Virus record (IMG/VR): IMGVR_UViG_3300032893_000003 | Location: 14,633 to 78,632 of that record | Source of the DNA: a virus | Taxonomy: Duplodnaviria > Heunggongvirae > Uroviricota > Caudoviricetes | Length of the DNA: 64,000 nt | Direction: 5' to 3' (one strand) | In this document: positions 37,154-46,736 of the stretch, piece by piece | Position numbering within the stretch: the first letter of the stretch is position 1 | Layout of the letters: each line of letters begins with the position of its first letter | Notes under the pieces: generated by a model | What the model saw: the letters and a program-made list of their open reading frames with translations, nothing else | What the model was told of the DNA's origin: nothing | The model's database searches: none | Position numbers and translations under genes: made by a program

Positions 37154-37753
37154 ATGTCAGAAGAAAATAAAAGACCCACCAAAATACGTGTTACCAACAT
37201 CACCAGAAACCCAGGCGCTTGCTTTCTGGACCCGGGCGAAAAGTATGGCAATAAGCTCATAGCTCCAGGGCACTCGATGTTTTTCGATTGCCCGAACGGG
37301 AACTATCCGGAATGCACTGATGCATGGATCCAGAATAAGCAGGTTCGCATCGAGGATGCTAATTCTGGAACGCTACTATCGGGTGCGCCCATTAGTGGTG
37401 AGATTACGCCTGGGCTTGTATCGCCGGTTCGTCCGATGAGCGGTAGCCGCGATGATGATATGGATCCGTTTGGTGAAGATGACATCAATCTTGACGACGC
37501 TCGAGAAGCGGTTCTTCCTGGCCAACTGGCTGGGCACTCTCCGGTTGAAAATCGCGCACCTATGCGTCCGGATACACGACAGATGCAGGGCAATGCCCGA
37601 GTCAGTCTTGGAACGCGGGATGAAGGTAACGTGGTGGCTGGCGAGCTTTCGCCTATCCCTGGCGATCGGCCGCGGTCGGTTGATGAGTCTGACAAATTCA
37701 CAATAAAAGCGCCGCGATCTCACTCAGTTGGGGCTGTAATCGGCAAAAGGTAG
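37154..37753 (+). CDS. Hypothetical structural-region protein
   Basis: AAGGAG RBS. Confidence 0.7.
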   Translation: MSEENKRPTKIRVTNITRNPGACFLDPGEKYGNKLIAPGHSMFFDCPNGNYPECTDAWIQNKQVRIEDANSGTLLSGAPISGEITPGLVSPVRPMSGSRDDDMDPFGEDDINLDDAREAVLPGQLAGHSPVENRAPMRPDTRQMQGNARVSLGTRDEGNVVAGELSPIPGDRPRSVDESDKFTIKAPRSHSVGAVIGKR

Positions 37754-37786
37754 TCTGTGTAAATAAGCCGTGGTATCCTATATACT

Positions 37787-38266
37787 ATGGCTTTATTTGA
37801 CATGAGCGAACTAGACCAGAGGCGTATGAGTAAGGCGAAGAAATTCCTTCGCCTTTTTACCCAAGATACTCCCGAACTTAACCGCTTAATCCGAGGTTAT
37901 GAACTCAATGATGATAAGCTTGAGCTTGCTCTCATACTCACTATTAGCGATTGGAATACGACTACTCCCGTTATTGGTAAGACCACTATTGGGAACTTTC
38001 CGTCACTTTATCTTCTCCTTCATGGGGGTGCTATCCAGTGCTTGAAGATGGCGGGTCTTTATCAGTCGCGCAATGAGCTGACTTATTCATCGGGCGGGAC
38101 TAGCTTCATCCGTTCAAATAAGACTCCGTATTATCAATCATGGATTCAGAACTTCGCTTCTGAGTATGAGGCTAAGAAGTTAAATTACAAAATACAACGC
38201 AACGTCGAAGGCGGATACGGTAAGGGCCTAGGTAGCGAGTACGATTTAATTGGCTATGACTGGTAG
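37787..38266 (+). CDS. Putative head-tail connector/neck protein
   Basis: Synteny between capsid and sheath genes. Confidence 0.5.
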   Translation: MALFDMSELDQRRMSKAKKFLRLFTQDTPELNRLIRGYELNDDKLELALILTISDWNTTTPVIGKTTIGNFPSLYLLLHGGAIQCLKMAGLYQSRNELTYSSGGTSFIRSNKTPYYQSWIQNFASEYEAKKLNYKIQRNVEGGYGKGLGSEYDLIGYDW

Positions 38267-38274
38267 GCTTCGCA

Positions 38275-39186
38275 ATGGTTGATGTTTCATTCAAACTTTT
38301 CCAAGCGCTCCCTCTATCTCGCTTTCCGGCGAAGGTTCTTGTCACATGGCAAATGAACAAGGGTGGTGCTGACCTCGCGGACTACGAATTCTATGTAGAG
38401 CGCGGTGAGGCGACGGAGAATATTCCTGGGTTTCAGCACGTAGACATCTATCAAAACCCGCTGCCGGCGACAGAGCATTCGCCTACTGTAAACTTTGTTG
38501 CTATCAGTAAAGCAATCAGTGGTCTTGATAATCTTCAATACCTTGATTATTCAACTCTACTTGAGAGCTTAGCTAGAAATTTTTGGTACCGTATTCGTTG
38601 CAGGAAAATATCTACTCAAGAAGATATCCTTTCGAGTATGTTTTCTTACGAGGGGGTTCTTGATCCGGTAGGGATTTATGTCACTGATGAAATCAATTTC
38701 CAGTTGGAAGACGTGAGTGGTGTGCCCTCACTTGTGTATAATCGCAGACGTGGTGGAGTGCCGTGCGGTAAATGCTTTGATCCGATCCAGAAGAAGAGGC
38801 TTATCTCTCAGTGCACGAACTGCTATGGGACGAACTGGGAGAAGGGGTTTTACGATCCAATTGATTGCTATGTCGGCTATGACCCAAATCCTAAAAATGC
38901 CTTGATCACTCAGTGGGGTGAAGTTCAGGAAAATCAGTCACGTCTTTTGATGTCTAATTTTCCGGTACTTCAGCCAGGTGATATTATTCGAGAGATACGG
39001 ACCAATAGGCTTTGGAGAGTGGTGCGCGTAGATCTGACTGAGAAGCGCAGGACTTTGCTGCTTCAATTTCCAGTTGTAATGGAGATCAAGCCAGGAGACG
39101 TCGAATACCACATCGTGCAAGACGAGCGGCTTGCAGTCGATAAGATGGAAGAATTATCAAAAACCAAGAAGCTTCGGGAGTTTTAA
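38275..39186 (+). CDS. Putative neck/head-completion protein with Zn-binding Cys pairs
   Basis: PCGKCFD...CTNCYGT; C-terminal beta-barrel PVLQPGDIIRE. Confidence 0.55.
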   Translation: MVDVSFKLFQALPLSRFPAKVLVTWQMNKGGADLADYEFYVERGEATENIPGFQHVDIYQNPLPATEHSPTVNFVAISKAISGLDNLQYLDYSTLLESLARNFWYRIRCRKISTQEDILSSMFSYEGVLDPVGIYVTDEINFQLEDVSGVPSLVYNRRRGGVPCGKCFDPIQKKRLISQCTNCYGTNWEKGFYDPIDCYVGYDPNPKNALITQWGEVQENQSRLLMSNFPVLQPGDIIREIRTNRLWRVVRVDLTEKRRTLLLQFPVVMEIKPGDVEYHIVQDERLAVDKMEELSKTKKLREF

Positions 39187-39665
39187 TGTTCACGGAAGGT
39201 TTTGTTAAGACCGCTTACGACGAGCGGGAAGAGTATGAGAAAGCCAACAAGGTTGATAATGCCATCAGCAAATTCCCTCATGGAGAGAAACTCAAAGCCG
39301 GCGATCGTGTCGTTTATTACAACGATGATCGTGGATGGAAACGCGGTCCATGGGCCCACCATACGAAGGGCTGCTCACATGATGAAGCAATGGATAAGCC
39401 GAGGGATGCCTATGAAAAGGCTCTTAAGAAAAAGGGCATTAAAGACGGCTTTGAACTTTCGCGCGAAGTGGATAAAAAGTTCCCGCGGCATCATAATGGT
39501 GACTGGAAAAAACACGCAGTAGGCATTGGTGATCTGGGGACAGTCGTTAAGGTTGATAAAAAAGGCGGTCTACCGCGCTATGATATTACGTGGGACAAGC
39601 ATCCGGATTGCATCTGGCCTGGCTATCAGGCGCACGAGCTCAAAGTTCCGCCGAAGGGTATGTAA
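39186..39665 (+). CDS. Protein with leader MFTEGFVKTA
   Basis: TAATG coupling. Confidence 0.8.
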   Translation: MFTEGFVKTAYDEREEYEKANKVDNAISKFPHGEKLKAGDRVVYYNDDRGWKRGPWAHHTKGCSHDEAMDKPRDAYEKALKKKGIKDGFELSREVDKKFPRHHNGDWKKHAVGIGDLGTVVKVDKKGGLPRYDITWDKHPDCIWPGYQAHELKVPPKGM

Positions 39666-40036
39666 TGTTTACAAAGGGCTTTAAAAAGAAAAAAGACGCG
39701 GCGCGTATCAATACTGCCCAATTCTCTGAACTTGAGTCTGAGAATAAGCCGCTTTATCCCGCCCCGAACATAATTCAAAATGTTTCTGGTGCTGATAAAT
39801 ACGCCGCGGCAATGCCTGGATTTCAGCCTAATAAAGCCCCTCTTCAGGGATCGCACGGCGGTCTTAAGTCCCTTTCAGGGCCGGCCCGTGTGACAACGGA
39901 CCTTGGCAACTACGGCGCTCCCAAGGGGGCTGTGGGTGTGACAGGGGTCTCGAACACAAAGCCCTTCCAGAGGGCTATAGGTAAGTTTGGGCGCAAAGCG
40001 CGGATGGGGTTAACCCGAATAAAACGGGGGTTTTAG
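39665..40036 (+). CDS. Protein with leader variant MFTKGFKKKK
   Basis: True start ATG 39665 (TAATG coupling). Confidence 0.75.
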   Translation: MFTKGFKKKKDAARINTAQFSELESENKPLYPAPNIIQNVSGADKYAAAMPGFQPNKAPLQGSHGGLKSLSGPARVTTDLGNYGAPKGAVGVTGVSNTKPFQRAIGKFGRKARMGLTRIKRGF

Positions 40037-40347
40037 TGATAACCCTGCAGTCGATTGAACCGCTATTCTCTGAGGAATCGCCGATACCGAAAGACACGCT
40101 AAAAGCTGAGATCATAGAGGATTTTAAATTAAAGGAACTGACCGGCATCCCTGATCAAAACCTGGAAATCTCTTTTAACCCAGATGAAGGCAGTGATATA
40201 ATAATTAAGCTGATAGACCCGCACGCGGCATCGGGATATCTCGTCTTTCAAGACGAAGCAGCCTATAATGATTGGGTCAGCCGACAGCTCTATGAGCCGT
40301 CGCAGGGCGAAATCGAGGAGGCGGCTAACCGTGGCACAGGGTCCTAA
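40036..40347 (+). CDS. Acidic hypothetical protein
   Basis: GTG overlapping the previous stop. Confidence 0.65.
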   Translation: MITLQSIEPLFSEESPIPKDTLKAEIIEDFKLKELTGIPDQNLEISFNPDEGSDIIIKLIDPHAASGYLVFQDEAAYNDWVSRQLYEPSQGEIEEAANRGTGS

Positions 40348-40981
40348 CGCACATTTCATCGATCCGAACGAACGTTTCCCCAATAGCCTCAGATTCATGG
40401 AGAATGCTTTTTTGATTTTTCTCCAGGGAATGTTCTCGGCCTTTGACCCCGATGCAAACGGAAGTCTCCACTATGATGACAATGATGCGCTGACCAAAAT
40501 ACGTATCGAAGGACAAAATACCGACAACCTCGAGGCAGTCGACACTAGACCAAAGATCGTGGTAGCTCGCGGACCGGTAGGAATTCTAAAGAGCGGAATT
40601 AATAATTTCATTGGCTCTAGGAATCTATCTCCTGAAATGCGACGGTTTGCGACTATACGTAGTGGAACTGTAGGCATTAGTTGTTATAGCCGTAACGACC
40701 TTGAAGCTGATAGAATAGCTGAGATTTGTGCAGATGGCATCGAGTCGATGGTTAACGTGATCAGGACCTTTGGGTTCCTAGAAGTTAGATCACAACAAAT
40801 TGGCCAACGTGCTATGATAAAGTCTGATTCAAGACCCGAGCTTTTTGTAACTCCGGTGCTTATTAAAGCGCAGGTAACAAAGAACTATAAGCTTAATGTT
40901 GTGGATCCGGTAAAGCTCAGACAAATTATTTATGAGTTTATCGTCAATCCAGTGAATTTGAAAATACCACCCACTGTATAG
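40331..40981 (+). CDS. Putative tail terminator/completion protein
   Basis: GTG 40331 after GAGGAGG; directly precedes the sheath gene. Confidence 0.55.
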   Translation: MAQGPNAHFIDPNERFPNSLRFMENAFLIFLQGMFSAFDPDANGSLHYDDNDALTKIRIEGQNTDNLEAVDTRPKIVVARGPVGILKSGINNFIGSRNLSPEMRRFATIRSGTVGISCYSRNDLEADRIAEICADGIESMVNVIRTFGFLEVRSQQIGQRAMIKSDSRPELFVTPVLIKAQVTKNYKLNVVDPVKLRQIIYEFIVNPVNLKIPPTV

Positions 40982-41010
40982 TGGACAGAAGTTTAAAAAG
41001 GAGTGTGTAA

Positions 41011-42972
41011 ATGGCATCACTTGATTCTTTACCGCCATATCGTCAACCAGGTGTGACCGTAGAAGAAGTTTTTACTGGTGTAACACCGGCATTGGCGCTT
41101 TTTAGCTTAACTAACATCAATGTGGGCCCTGCCTTTCAAGTTGTTAGCTTAGGTTCCGCTGGAACTTACGATGGAAATCTGGACACGTTTTCGTACCCAG
41201 GTCAGATTGCGGGAAGTCTTGTCGACACTCGTGCATCTAACCCGAGTGATTTAATCAACTATCCGGTTCAGGTCTTGCTCAATAGCACGGTTATTTCATA
41301 CTTAACCGGAACGGCCGGCGTTGTGACGAGCGGAAACTTAAACACGTTTAGCGACAGCACTCCTAGCCAGTTTCAGAATGTTAAGGCTGGCGATGTTATC
41401 GTCGTCACTGGCTCTTCAAACGGGAATGACGGCTCTTACACAGTTCGCTCTGTTACGGATGATAACGACGTTCAGACAAATGAAACTTTCGCGGCGGCTG
41501 AAACCGGACTTCATTACACGATTCGCCGAAATGTTCAGGCGACAGCTGGCAATATCGATGTGACAGCGTCAGCGGTTATCACTCAAGCTAACTTTCAGTT
41601 GCCGGCTGGTTTAACCTACACCGATCCGAATCTTGGCACTCAGCCGGTTGTTTCAGCAACTGTGCTGGTAAATTACCGCGCACAACGTTTGGAATTGTCT
41701 GCTGACGTAGCGACTTTTACTACTCCGCAAGACATTCAGGCTGCTTTTGGGGTTGATCAGATTGTTCCTGAAAACCCGCTCGCGTTTGCTGCAAATCTGG
41801 CTCTCAATAACCAAGCTCCTTCGACGGACGTTTTGGCTCTTGATTTTCAGTTCTTGAATGACGAAGTTCTGTCTTACGAAGATGCCTTTGCGATTCTCGA
41901 AAATAACGATGAGTACGCCATAAACGTACTTACGCAGAACATCGCTGTTCACACAGCTCTTCAAGCACACGTGGATGCTATGTCTGAGCCGACCGCGAAG
42001 CTCGAGCGTGTGGGCATTATCAATGCTCAGCTTGTTACGACTGCGGTTGTTGTTGACGAAATTACCACTACCGGTGGCGATGGCATCACAGGACCTTCTG
42101 GTGGTCCGTTCCTGACGCTCTTGTCTAGCGCCAGCCACTTCTTAACAGACGGTGTTGTGCCGGGAATGTTCGTGAACGTAACGGCTCCTTCTGGTGTTGT
42201 CGGACGCTACCAAATTGCCGCAGTTAACAGTCAAACGAAAATAACCCTAGCAACGGGCCCTGCAACCTCTGCTACTGGCGTTACTTTCTTCATCGACATG
42301 AACCTAAGCCTCGATCAGCAAGCAAGCACGATGGCTGCTTATGCTGCGAGCCTTGGCGATCGCCGCCTGGTAATGACCTGGCCGGATGTCGTTAAGATTC
42401 CGTCTGGATCACAGACGCGCACATTGCCAGGATATTTCCTTGGCTGTTCCGTGGGCGCTTTGACCACGGCACTTCCGACGCAGCAAGGGTTCACTAACCA
42501 GAACGTTGCCGTGTACACAGGCGTTGTTCACAGTACTAAGTACTTCAGCAATGCTCAGTTGAACGTGCTGGCCTCTGGCGGGGTGATGATCTTCGTTCAA
42601 GATATCTTGAACGTAACGGCTCTTTACATCCGCCATCAGTTAACAACTGACAGGTCGGCAATCAAGTTTCAGGAATACTCAATCACCAAAAACGTGGATT
42701 TCATTGCGAAATTTATTCGCAAAACGCATCAGCAGTTCATCGGCAAGTACAACATTGTCGACAACGCTTTTGATGATTTGAAGACCAACGCTGGCGGTAT
42801 CGTGACCTTCTTGAAGGATACGACGAAGAAGCCGAAAATCGGCGGCGTTATTAGAAGTGGTAAGCTCTTAAGCGCGGTTCAGGATCCTGTCAACATTGAC
42901 TCAATTGTTGAGCAATGGAGTTTGGATATCCCGATTCCGCTTAATAACCTTGAAATCACAATATTCGTGTAA
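41011..42972 (+). CDS. Tail sheath protein
   Basis: N-terminal YRQPGVTVEEV; C-terminal LYIRHQLTTD...EYSITKNVDFIA...PIPLNNLEITIFV. Confidence 0.9.
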   Translation: MASLDSLPPYRQPGVTVEEVFTGVTPALALFSLTNINVGPAFQVVSLGSAGTYDGNLDTFSYPGQIAGSLVDTRASNPSDLINYPVQVLLNSTVISYLTGTAGVVTSGNLNTFSDSTPSQFQNVKAGDVIVVTGSSNGNDGSYTVRSVTDDNDVQTNETFAAAETGLHYTIRRNVQATAGNIDVTASAVITQANFQLPAGLTYTDPNLGTQPVVSATVLVNYRAQRLELSADVATFTTPQDIQAAFGVDQIVPENPLAFAANLALNNQAPSTDVLALDFQFLNDEVLSYEDAFAILENNDEYAINVLTQNIAVHTALQAHVDAMSEPTAKLERVGIINAQLVTTAVVVDEITTTGGDGITGPSGGPFLTLLSSASHFLTDGVVPGMFVNVTAPSGVVGRYQIAAVNSQTKITLATGPATSATGVTFFIDMNLSLDQQASTMAAYAASLGDRRLVMTWPDVVKIPSGSQTRTLPGYFLGCSVGALTTALPTQQGFTNQNVAVYTGVVHSTKYFSNAQLNVLASGGVMIFVQDILNVTALYIRHQLTTDRSAIKFQEYSITKNVDFIAKFIRKTHQQFIGKYNIVDNAFDDLKTNAGGIVTFLKDTTKKPKIGGVIRSGKLLSAVQDPVNIDSIVEQWSLDIPIPLNNLEITIFV

Positions 42973-43002
42973 TCAAGGACGAACTTTTTAAGGAGTGATT
43001 AA

Positions 43003-43725
43003 ATGGCAGCAATTACGGATTTTTCAAACTGGGACTATAGCAATTACCACGTCCAGCAGGAGCTGCAGGGCGGACAATTCGTTTCGGCTGAGACAAGCTT
43101 GATCGCTTCGGGTCCGCCGCAACTAAATGGTACTGGCCCTTACTCTGAAGTTCCTGTCGGGCAGGTCGGTGCTGTTTACCCTTTGGGTCTTATAGAGAAC
43201 GCCGGTATTTCGCAATCCAAACAGATCCAGAAGATCTTTGAGATCGGTTCTAGCCGCTCGTATTTCATCCCAGGACGCGTGATCGGCTCTGTGAGCATGG
43301 GCAGGATCTTTTACTACGGTCCGTCGCTCTTACGCGTGCTGTATGCGTATTACTTCAACAACACGAATAACATCAATATCGGTACGGTCGATCCGTCGAC
43401 AAACATTACCCTTGCCGACGGCAGCTTGGCACAGTCACCATTAGCGCGGCTGCTTGATACCGGCTCGAATACCTATCACCAAGTTCGGATGTCGCCTGGT
43501 GAAGATCATTTCTACATCAACCTGGCTTCTGACCTGTTTAACCAAGGATTCGGGCTTGCCTTCTACTTTAAGGATGCAAACTTCAACTCCGTTGGTGCTT
43601 TCTACTTAGAAAACACTTACCTTCAAGGCCATCAGTTCAGCGTGAGCTCCGGTTCAGTGCTGATCATGGAAGGCGTAAGCGCGCAGTATGATCGTATTGT
43701 GCCGATTAAACTTCTGAATGACTAA
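43003..43725 (+). CDS. Tail tube protein
   Basis: Follows the sheath; GLIENAGISQSKQIQKIFEIGSSRSYFIPG. Confidence 0.8.
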   Translation: MAAITDFSNWDYSNYHVQQELQGGQFVSAETSLIASGPPQLNGTGPYSEVPVGQVGAVYPLGLIENAGISQSKQIQKIFEIGSSRSYFIPGRVIGSVSMGRIFYYGPSLLRVLYAYYFNNTNNINIGTVDPSTNITLADGSLAQSPLARLLDTGSNTYHQVRMSPGEDHFYINLASDLFNQGFGLAFYFKDANFNSVGAFYLENTYLQGHQFSVSSGSVLIMEGVSAQYDRIVPIKLLND

Positions 43726-43735
43726 GAGGTGAGTC

Positions 43736-44071
43736 GTGTTCGTTAAGGGATTTGAGAAGACAGCGATGCTTACCGGCGCAGCGATTGGTGCACTTGGTGG
43801 TGGGGAACGTGATCCCCATACCGGCAAGAAAAAACACCGCGGTATCGGTGCCCTTCGAGGGGCTGCTACCGAACTTGGAGCTGGTGTCGGAGCCGGTCTA
43901 GGACGGTTGGCAGGACATCTCGCTACGCGAAAGTCTAAGGACCTTATGGTGCCTCTTTACGGGCAGGCAATCGGCAGCTTAGCGGGCTTCCTTCCAGGGG
44001 CTTTGGCAGGCTACCGGCTGACCAAAAAGTATGGTCCCAAGTACGAGCATGAAGTAAAGCATAAGAAATAA
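43736..44071 (+). CDS. Gly-rich protein with leader MFVKGFEKTA
   Basis: GTG after GAGG. Confidence 0.8.
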   Translation: MFVKGFEKTAMLTGAAIGALGGGERDPHTGKKKHRGIGALRGAATELGAGVGAGLGRLAGHLATRKSKDLMVPLYGQAIGSLAGFLPGALAGYRLTKKYGPKYEHEVKHKK

Positions 44072-44076
44072 GGCCT

Positions 44077-44148
44077 ATGTCTTTTCTTAGCGGGTTTTTA
44101 AAACTATCAGCTCAAAGGTTATCCAAAGAAGCTAAAGAGACGAAGTAA
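44077..44148 (+). CDS. 23-aa leader-only peptide
   Basis: MSFLSGFLKLSAQRLSKEAKETK*; its stop abuts the stop of a convergent gene. Confidence 0.45.
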   Translation: MSFLSGFLKLSAQRLSKEAKETK

Positions 44149-44634
44149 CTACTTCATCAGGATATAAACCATCCACAAATAAACAATTCCATAAGCCGAG
44201 TAAGTAATACCCGTAGCCCACCAGAAGTACTTATTGCTGTCTGATTTGGCTTGGGCTGCGGCGACGACGGCCGGATCAGAGCTTTTGTAGTCTTGGGCAA
44301 TTTGGGCCATTTCGGCTGCGGAGGCCACTTGGAACTGTCCGAAAAGTTCAGGATCGACTTTAAAACGATCGATTATGATGTGCGCGAGCATATCTATCGA
44401 GGCTACACAGATCATCAATAAAAGCGAAAAGTCCGCGCCTGAGACGATGTAATATACAAAGGTCAGTACAAGGGTTGAAATCGCGTGAATGGCCGCACGG
44501 ATCATGAGAGGTCTAACCCAGGCATTGCCAGGGGCGGTGGAAAGTCCTTCAGCGGTGTAGGCTGTTTGAAGCGGATAGTTCGCTATCCAGTGCTTTATCA
44601 AAAAGGCTCCTGCGAGCAAAAGGGCTGATCCCAT
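44149..44634 (-). CDS. Membrane protein (DUF3307-like)
   Basis: HWIANYPLQ, IHAI, LAHIIIDRFK; GGAGG RBS. Confidence 0.65.
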   Translation of the reverse strand: MGSALLLAGAFLIKHWIANYPLQTAYTAEGLSTAPGNAWVRPLMIRAAIHAISTLVLTFVYYIVSGADFSLLLMICVASIDMLAHIIIDRFKVDPELFGQFQVASAAEMAQIAQDYKSSDPAVVAAAQAKSDSNKYFWWATGITYSAYGIVYLWMVYILMK

Positions 44635-44642
44635 AATACCTC

Positions 44643-45365
44643 CTATGGCTTGTGCGCGTCGTTTCCAATGACTCTTTTAGAATTCTCTCTTATATAGCGC
44701 TCTTTTACCATGATTTTATCACGGCGATCGCTATCGAAGATAAACGCGCTCTGCGGCATAAAGAGCATGGGGAGTGGATCTGAACCTTCGGTGGGGGATC
44801 GGTAACCATATATCCAGACTTTATTTTGCAAATAGACCGGAAGTTCCGTGAGCTCAGGATCTTCTTTATGAAGGATCAGGTCGCAATCAAATGTAGATAA
44901 AAACTCTGGATTTACTTTCGTATGGCCGGCGCAGTAGATGCGCGCGAATTCTAGCTGAAAGCCGTAAGTCCCGTTGGAGTTTGGAATGAAATTAATGGCT
45001 TCTGTGATGTGTTCTTCAGTGATGTTGATCTTTTTTACTGCCCGTTTTTGAAAACCTTCGATGTAGGATACGCGCTCAGCTACCTTATCAAGAAGTCGCT
45101 GCGGACAGGCTAGATAGGGCTTGTCGGCTGCATCGGCAAACACGGCTCCTATTTCGTCAAGACCACCGATGTCCATATTTGAAGCTCCGAGAGGCACGAT
45201 CATCCCGATCTTGTTAAGTGGTATGCCTAGAATCTCTAGGCGCGCTGGAGCTTGCGGTGGGCAGCCAATGAGTACGTTACTGTCGTGAGTTTGGATAAGC
45301 CAGCACGCAGGGATATTCGGCCATCTACAAAAAAGATTTCCTGTGCCTAAGGCTCTAAGCTTCAT
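44643..45365 (-). CDS. Degenerate metallo-beta-lactamase/RNase Z-like fold protein
   Basis: MKLRALGTG start and YCAGHT; canonical HxHxDH is absent. Confidence 0.5.
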   Translation of the reverse strand: MKLRALGTGNLFCRWPNIPACWLIQTHDSNVLIGCPPQAPARLEILGIPLNKIGMIVPLGASNMDIGGLDEIGAVFADAADKPYLACPQRLLDKVAERVSYIEGFQKRAVKKINITEEHITEAINFIPNSNGTYGFQLEFARIYCAGHTKVNPEFLSTFDCDLILHKEDPELTELPVYLQNKVWIYGYRSPTEGSDPLPMLFMPQSAFIFDSDRRDKIMVKERYIRENSKRVIGNDAHKP

Positions 45366-45877
45366 GTTCCCATACAGACCTTGCCGATCTGTTCCATCAG
45401 TTGAGGTATAGCGATATTTTCTAAGTTGGCGGCATCTAAGTTCCAGGCTTCGGCACCTTCGCGGATAACAAAACTTATTGCTTTAAGTTCATAATCAGCG
45501 CGCGGGAGGAAGATGTCCACCTGAAGGTTTGGAGGGATGATCTTATTTAAAATGATAACTGCCTCGCGCACGGCTCTGTCCAGAGCTTTTGGATTTGTCA
45601 GGTTCTTGTGCGGATGGAGCGGAGTGATATGGATCGCGTAGTTCGATTGTATGATTCCAAATTCAATGTCGAGCAGGCTATTTTTGGAATGCTTGGTTTT
45701 AACGACGTCAGCTTCGGCTTTGAGGGTATCTCCGAGAGCTATAGCAGCGTCCCCCTCCTTGATGAAGCCGTCTTTTTTTAAGACATCGATGAACGTATTT
45801 GTGTGCTCGCCCCAAGTCAGTCCTGTTTCCTCTTTAGCTTCTGGGTCTTCTTCGAAAAAGAATCTGTTGTTTCCCAT
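45362..45877 (-). CDS. Hypothetical protein
   Basis: Operonic, GAGG RBS. Confidence 0.7.
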   Translation of the reverse strand: MGNNRFFFEEDPEAKEETGLTWGEHTNTFIDVLKKDGFIKEGDAAIALGDTLKAEADVVKTKHSKNSLLDIEFGIIQSNYAIHITPLHPHKNLTNPKALDRAVREAVIILNKIIPPNLQVDIFLPRADYELKAISFVIREGAEAWNLDAANLENIAIPQLMEQIGKVCMGT

Positions 45878-46369
45878 TTAAGGCTTCCTCGCATCTTCGA
45901 GTGACGTGAAACAATCGACGGCTAAGTTAAGTGTATAGCGCCGTACAACCCCTAAAAAAAGATCGATGTCCCAGCGACCTTTGCGCCTCTGTATTGTAAA
46001 GCACTTTGTAGGGTCTAGCACTTCTTCGAGTGTGTAGTTGGACTTAATTTCTTTCATAACTACAGCTACATCTGGGAAGCCTATTAGAACTGCTGCGTGA
46101 TTTGAGGTGCCACGAATATTGTTTAGAAAGTCTGCTTGTTTAGCAGATACCTCGTGCTTTAGGCACTTCGATTCTTTCCGCTTGGGGAGTTCTCTTACGA
46201 ACTTGGCTTCGATAGCGTAAAAGCCGCCTTGATGAGATACACAGAAGTCTGGAAGGCCGACAACAAACCTATCGGTATTCGTCCAGATGACGGCTTCTTT
46301 GTGGTAATCTTTTAGATCACGTCTGAAGCTACTTTTAAAATCACTCTCGTTCGTCGCCAAGTTCCACAT
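45878..46369 (-). CDS. PD-(D/E)XK nuclease (VRR-NUC/resolvase-like)
   Basis: GLPDF...FYAIEAKF...VSAKQADFL. Confidence 0.75.
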   Translation of the reverse strand: MWNLATNESDFKSSFRRDLKDYHKEAVIWTNTDRFVVGLPDFCVSHQGGFYAIEAKFVRELPKRKESKCLKHEVSAKQADFLNNIRGTSNHAAVLIGFPDVAVVMKEIKSNYTLEEVLDPTKCFTIQRRKGRWDIDLFLGVVRRYTLNLAVDCFTSLEDARKP

Positions 46370-46736
46370 CCGCTGGTAAGATATTGAAACATCGAACTCT
46401 TACGCGCTCTTCGCCGTTAATACTGTCGGCGCGCATATAGCCTTCGACCAAGTACTCGTTGCCAACGATTAGGTCATTTAAGTAGGCGTCCACATTCTTA
46501 CCCAATACTTCATAGGTAAAAAAATTCTCGTGAAGACCTGGGGAACCGTCAGCTAAAGTGAAATGTTCATCAACTCTTAAAGTGAATGAGAGGATTTTTT
46601 TATAGTTTTTTAGGGTGATCACTTTGGGCTCATCAACCAACACGCCTGTGTGCGTCGTTTTGTTAATGTGCCGTCTAACCTTGCGTCGCATAAATCTCCT
46701 CATGGGCACACGGGGCACCCATGAGGATAGTATCAA
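46341..46736 (-). CDS. Second SSB/PriB-like OB-fold protein
   Basis: GVLVDEPK...SFTLRV...GNEYLVEGYMR; start uncertain. Confidence 0.55.
   Translation of the reverse strand: MILSSWVPRVPMRRFMRRKVRRHINKTTHTGVLVDEPKVITLKNYKKILSFTLRVDEHFTLADGSPGLHENFFTYEVLGKNVDAYLNDLIVGNEYLVEGYMRADSINGEERVRVRCFNILPADVELGDERE

Noticed and set aside
37120-40990. Possible late-promoter motif TATAGTGGAC (near 37125 and 40977)
   Set aside because: Only two clear copies; insufficient to define a consensus without motif statistics.
184-44226. Many antisense and alternate-frame ORFs inside large genes
   Set aside because: Shadow ORFs with no RBS or recognisable motifs.
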